From NCBI GenBank assembly GCA_049724395.1, contig JAUGWO010000107.1:310001-374000 (forward strand): DNA of 64,000 nucleotides, read 5' to 3'. The notes beneath the pieces were generated by a model. That model was given only the letters and a program-made list of their open reading frames with translations, was not told where the DNA came from and ran no database searches. The translations under genes and the position numbers were made by a program. This DNA is from Spongospora subterranea f. sp. subterranea (Eukaryota). Below, piece after piece: positions 59,689-64,000 of the stretch (position 1 is the first letter of the stretch; each line of letters opens with the position of its first letter).

Positions 59689-62600
59689 CTCCCTCTGTTC
59701 AGAATTAGTATCCGATTTGCGCACTTTCTCAAGATTAAGGCAGATTTTTGTCCCAACATACCGCAGACACTGCATTTAATTAGATCTTTTCACGAGGTTT
59801 CTTTTGGTATGCTGTTCGCCCACTTTTGAGAAATGGAAACCTGCGTTATGGCTCGCTCAAAATTCCTTTTTCGAGGCCAGTCCTTTTTTTCCGCTGATGG
59901 CGTAATACTCTCGTGACGACCTTGACAACTGGATGGTAAGAAAGTACTCGTCAAGACGAATCATGTGATATGTCGAACGGGCCAGAATGCCACGTTTTAC
60001 GGTTTGAGCGCGCGTTTCGATTTGACTCTTTGTGAATGGAGTCCGTTGGCGCATTGTGTTCTCATGGTAGTTCGTTACCGTATTGTGATCTCATGGTAGT
60101 TCGTTACCGTATTGTGTTCTCATGATAGTTCGTTACCGTATTGTGATCTCATGGTCATGGTAGTTCGTTACCGTATTGTGTTCTCATGGTAGTTCGTTAC
60201 CGTATTGTGATCTCATGGTAGTTCGTTACCGTATTGTTCTCATGGTAGTTCGTTACCGTATTGTGATCTCATGGTAGTTCGTTACCGTATTGTGTTCTCA
60301 TGGTAGTTCGTTACCGTATTGTGTTCTCATGGTAGTTACCGTATTGTGTTCTCATTAGTTCGTTACCGTATTGTGATCTCATGGTAGTTCGTTACCGTAT
60401 TGTGTTCTCATGGTAGTTCGTTACCGTATTGTGTTCTCATGGTAGTTCGTTACCGTATTGTGTTCTCATGGTAGTTCGTTACCGTATTGTGTTCTCATGG
60501 TAGTTCGTTACCGTATTGTGTTCTCATGGTAGTTCGTTACCGTATTGTGTTCTCATGGTAGTTCGTTACCGTATTGTGTTCTCATGGTAGTTCGTTACCG
60601 TATTGTGTTCTCATGGTAGTTCGTTACCGTATTGTGTTCTCATGGTAGTTCGTTACCGTATTGTGATCTCGTATTGTGTTCTCATTCTAGTTCGTTACCG
60701 TATTGTGTTCTCATGGTAGTTACCGTATTGTGTTCTCATGGTAGTTCGTTACCGTATTGTGTTCTCATGGTAGTTCGTTACCGTATTGTGTTCTCATGGT
60801 AGTTCGTTACCGTATTGTGTATTGTGATTCTCATGGTAGTTCGTTACCGTATTGTGTTCTCATGGTAGTTCGTTACCGTATTGTGATCTCATGGTAGTTC
60901 GTTACCGTATTGTGTTCTCATGGTAGTTCGTTACCGTATTGTGTTCTCATGGTAGTTCGTTACCGTATTGTGTTCTCATGGTAGTTCGTTACCGTATTGT
61001 GTTCTCATGGTAGTCGTTACCGTCTCATGGTAGTTCGTTACCGTATTGTGTGATCTCATGGTAGTTCGTTACCGTATTGTGTTCTCATGGTAGTTCGTTA
61101 CCGTATTGTGATCTCATGGTAGTTCGTTACCGTTCTCATGGTAGTTCGTTACCGTATTGTGTTCTCATGGTAGTTCGTTACCGTATTGTGTTCTCATGGT
61201 AGTTCGTTACCGTATTGTGTTCTCATGGTAGTTCGTTACCGTATTGTGTTCTCATGGTAGTTCGTTACCGTATTGTGTTCTCATGGTAGTTCGTTACCAT
61301 GGTAGTTGTTACCGTATTGTGTTCTATCGTTACCGTGATTTGTTACCGTATTGTGTTCTCATGGTAGTTCGTTCGTATTGTGATGGTAGTTCGTTACCGT
61401 ATTGTGTTCTCATGGTAGTTCGTTACCGTATTGTGATCTCATGGTAGTTCGTTACCGTATTGTGTTCTCATGGTAGTTCGTTACCGTATTGTGTTCTCAT
61501 GGTAGTTCGTTACCGTATTGTGTTCTCATGGTAGTTCGTTACCGTATTGTGTTCTCATGGTAGTTCGTTACCGTATTGTGATCTCATGGTAGTTCGTTAC
61601 CGTATTGTGTTCTCATGGTAGTTCGTTACCGTATTGTGTTCTCATGGTAGTTCGTTACCGTTATCGCATTGTGATCTGGTAGTTCGTTACCGTATTGTGT
61701 TCTCAATTCCGTATTGTGTTCTATGGTGTTCGACAAAGAAAAGCGTCAAGATATCTTGGCAGACCTTCTGATCATGGTAGTTCTCGTGCAAAGACAGCCG
61801 ACTTCCGAAAGGAACTATCATCTCGTATTGCGCAGAAGTTCTCTGTGTCCACCAAGTCTGTCTCCAGGATTTGGTCAGCCGCAAAGAAACAGATTGCAAA
61901 TGGTGAAGTTACCGATGTGAGTTCGAAAAGAAAGGGTAGATGTGGACGAAAAAAACAAGATCGAGAATCAATTCAGGAGAAGGTTAAAGAAGTTCCTTTA
62001 AGGCAGTGATCCACCCTAAGAAGCATTTCATAGTGCCACTAGAATCCCCTTGGGAACCCTCTTCAATGCTTTGAAAGAAGGAAGTATTAAGCGGGTCAAC
62101 AACTGTGTGAAACCCATGGTATTAACCGAGAATAACAAAAGGGAACGAGTTCGATTCGCTCTTTCCATGATCGATCCAGGATCCCTTTCGAATGACTTTC
62201 AGGGGATGTTTGACACGGTCCACGTTGACGAAAAGTGGTTTTATTTAACGAAGGTCAGAAAAAAGTTTTACCTTGCTCCAGAAGAAGATGTGCCATATCG
62301 ACACGTCAAAAGTAAACGCTTTATTACAAAAGTGATGTTTTTGGCCGCCGTTGCAAGGCCTCGATATGACCCCCACCGGAAAGGAATCTTCGATGGGAAG
62401 ATTGGAATATGGCCAATTGTCAAGACGGAACCAGCCCAGCGCAGCTCCAGAAATCGTCAAAGAGGTGCCATGGTGACCAAGCCGATTGAAGTGAATGGTG
62501 AGGTTTATCGCGATCTAATTTTACAATGCGTGATACCGGCAATCAAAAACAAATGGCCTGTCGGAAGCAAGCAAATGCAGATCACAATTCAACATGATAA

Positions 62601-63114
62601 CGCCAGGCCCCATGCGTCAATTCGAAACTGTTGTCGCCCAAACTGGTTCATCCGATGGGCGGAATTTATCACTGGTCTCTCAGCCACCTAATAGTCCTGA
62701 CTTCAACGTTTTAGATTTGGGCTTTTTTAATTCGATTCAGTCTCTGCAATACCAACACGCTCCAAAGGATATCAATGAGTTTATTACAGCGGTTGAGTTA
62801 AGTTTTGCCGAATTGTCAGCGGAGAAGCTTGATGATGTCTTCCTATCGTTACAGAAAGTGATGGAAGGAGCGATGCTTGTTCGGGATCGAATTCGTTCAA
62901 GCTACCACATCTGCAAAAAGCACACCTACGAGCGCAAGGTAAACTTCTTTCGGTTATTTCGTGCAGTCAAGAGGCTATTGACATTGGTAAGGATGAGATC
63001 GACGCATAATTCAAAAATTAAAAGAGCAAAGTTTTCCGGAATTTAATAAAGTGGACTACTAATCTGGAACAAAAAAATGTGCGTAATCGGACAACTAATT
63101 CTGAACGGAGGGAG
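59689..63114 (+). mobile_element. Second plant-type Tc1/mariner, defective, carrying an internal satellite
   Basis: TA-flanked TIRs CTCCCTC(T/C)GTTCAGAATTAGT...TCCGATT.CGCAC. Transposase pieces SRIW, GRCGRKK, HVDEKWF, KVMFLAAVARPR, QHDNARPH, QPPNSPDFNVLDLGFF with stops and frameshifts. Confidence 0.93.
60053..61732. repeat. 29-bp tandem repeat array, roughly 55-58 units
   Basis: Unit GTATTGTG(T/A)TCTCATGGTAGTTCGTTACC repeated head-to-tail without spacers, with scattered small deletions. Confidence 0.98.
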
Positions 63115-64000
63115 TATTAATTATTCTCTAATCAAGTTTTTGAATGGCACTGCCTGGTCAGACTGGAAGATCAAATCGCAGTCATCGAGTTCAGATGGTG
63201 ACACGCTTTCAACACCCTTTTTTTCATACTTTGCTTGTCAGGTCATGTCACCAATCCGCGATTGCGCCGCAAATATTCAACTCTTTTTGAAACTTGAAGT
63301 CCATTTGATTCGCTGTTTGTTTATATTTTTTGTGTGCCACGATACCCCTTAACACAAATTGTTCAGCTCAACGCAGTGAATGGTGTTTGCTCCATCCACG
63401 TTCAATGTATCTCAAATCTAACGAAGTATATATATTCCATAGGTAGTCGTCAGTTTTCATCTACTGCCTCCGTCATCCTTTAAATTGCAGATAAGGTCAC
63501 CAATCAGTTTTGGTTGAATTTGACGATTTTGTCTTAAAATGGGATCGAAATGCTGCTCAATTTCGATTTGTGTCACGAATTCCAAAACAAAATTCTTCTG
63601 TCGGATGTTTGTTTAGAGCAATGAATCTTTTTCTTCGGACAGAGGAGGTACTCTCGTTTTCGTTATCGATATCTGTTGATGAGCATTTAAATATAGTACA
63701 CGTTGGTTTTTGATTTCAACTATAAAGTTTCCTGTTTGGTATGCTAATGTTTAGCGTTTTCAACGATGGGGTTAATTGCGGTGTCAAATTCATCACCTTC
63801 CATTTTCTTTCTTATGTTGACCACTCGCTTGATAGATGAAGCCGGCCTCCCAGCGCAAGCAACACGGGCCTGTTTCCAATTCAGCGCACCGGGACCGAAA
63901 TCACGCTTCTGATTGCCCCCCGAGAATGCTTTGAATATGGTGCAGCATCTGCTCTTGCTCCAGCGAAATCTACAACAACTCTGAGACGGATCGGAAAGAA

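Noticed and set aside
60053..61732. CRISPR array (29-bp hairpin-forming repeat)
   Set aside because: Units are directly adjacent with no unique spacers, no cas genes are present, and the context is eukaryotic.
60053..61732. Nanopore adapter concatemer (unit partly resembles AATGTACTTCGTTCAGTTACGTATTGCT via TTCGTT and CGTATTG)
   Set aside because: Differences from the adapter are consistent across dozens of units and there are two stable variants, which is unlike adapter noise. Not fully excluded without short-read k-mer counts.
63120..64000. Coding remnant at window end
   Set aside because: All frames are interrupted by stops and no motif is recognisable.
1..64000. tRNA, rRNA or snRNA genes
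   Set aside because: No cloverleaf or conserved snRNA/rRNA signature noticed by eye; tRNAscan-SE and Infernal would be needed to exclude them.

Overview
Eukaryotic nuclear DNA from a compact genome with many short (about 50-65 nt) GT-AG introns. A flagellar outer-dynein-arm docking gene and a secreted ankyrin-repeat gene suggest a zoosporic protist, possibly a plasmodiophorid (inference only). Two gene-dense housekeeping blocks lie at about 1-22 kb and 39.5-52.5 kb. The first holds prolidase, MOG1, VPS33, a PPR protein, a LisH/CTLH-WD40 protein, EndoG, PYM1, an SNM1/Artemis-like nuclease, ATP23 and ferrochelatase. The second holds an FHA-kinase, a syntaxin, PPIL2, a PAQR protein, PCBD, Miro and ODA-DC2. 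They alternate with transposon graveyards (two DD39D-type mariners, a MULE, several Ty3/gypsy pieces, Ty1/copia, PIF/Harbinger, fold-back MITE-like elements). Most notable: (i) a ~1.7 kb array of a 29-bp unit, each able to form a UUCG-looped hairpin and carrying a short ATG-TAG ORF, inside a mariner at its apparent transposase start; (ii) an intronless, degraded family-B DNA polymerase relic of possible viral origin; (iii) a MULE relic with a USP-like Cys-box; (iv) a three-part chimeric retroelement block duplicated on both sides of a modular ankyrin effector-like gene; (v) several inverted duplications of TE fragments. Exon boundaries were read by eye, many gene ends are approximate, and some frameshifts may be assembly errors.
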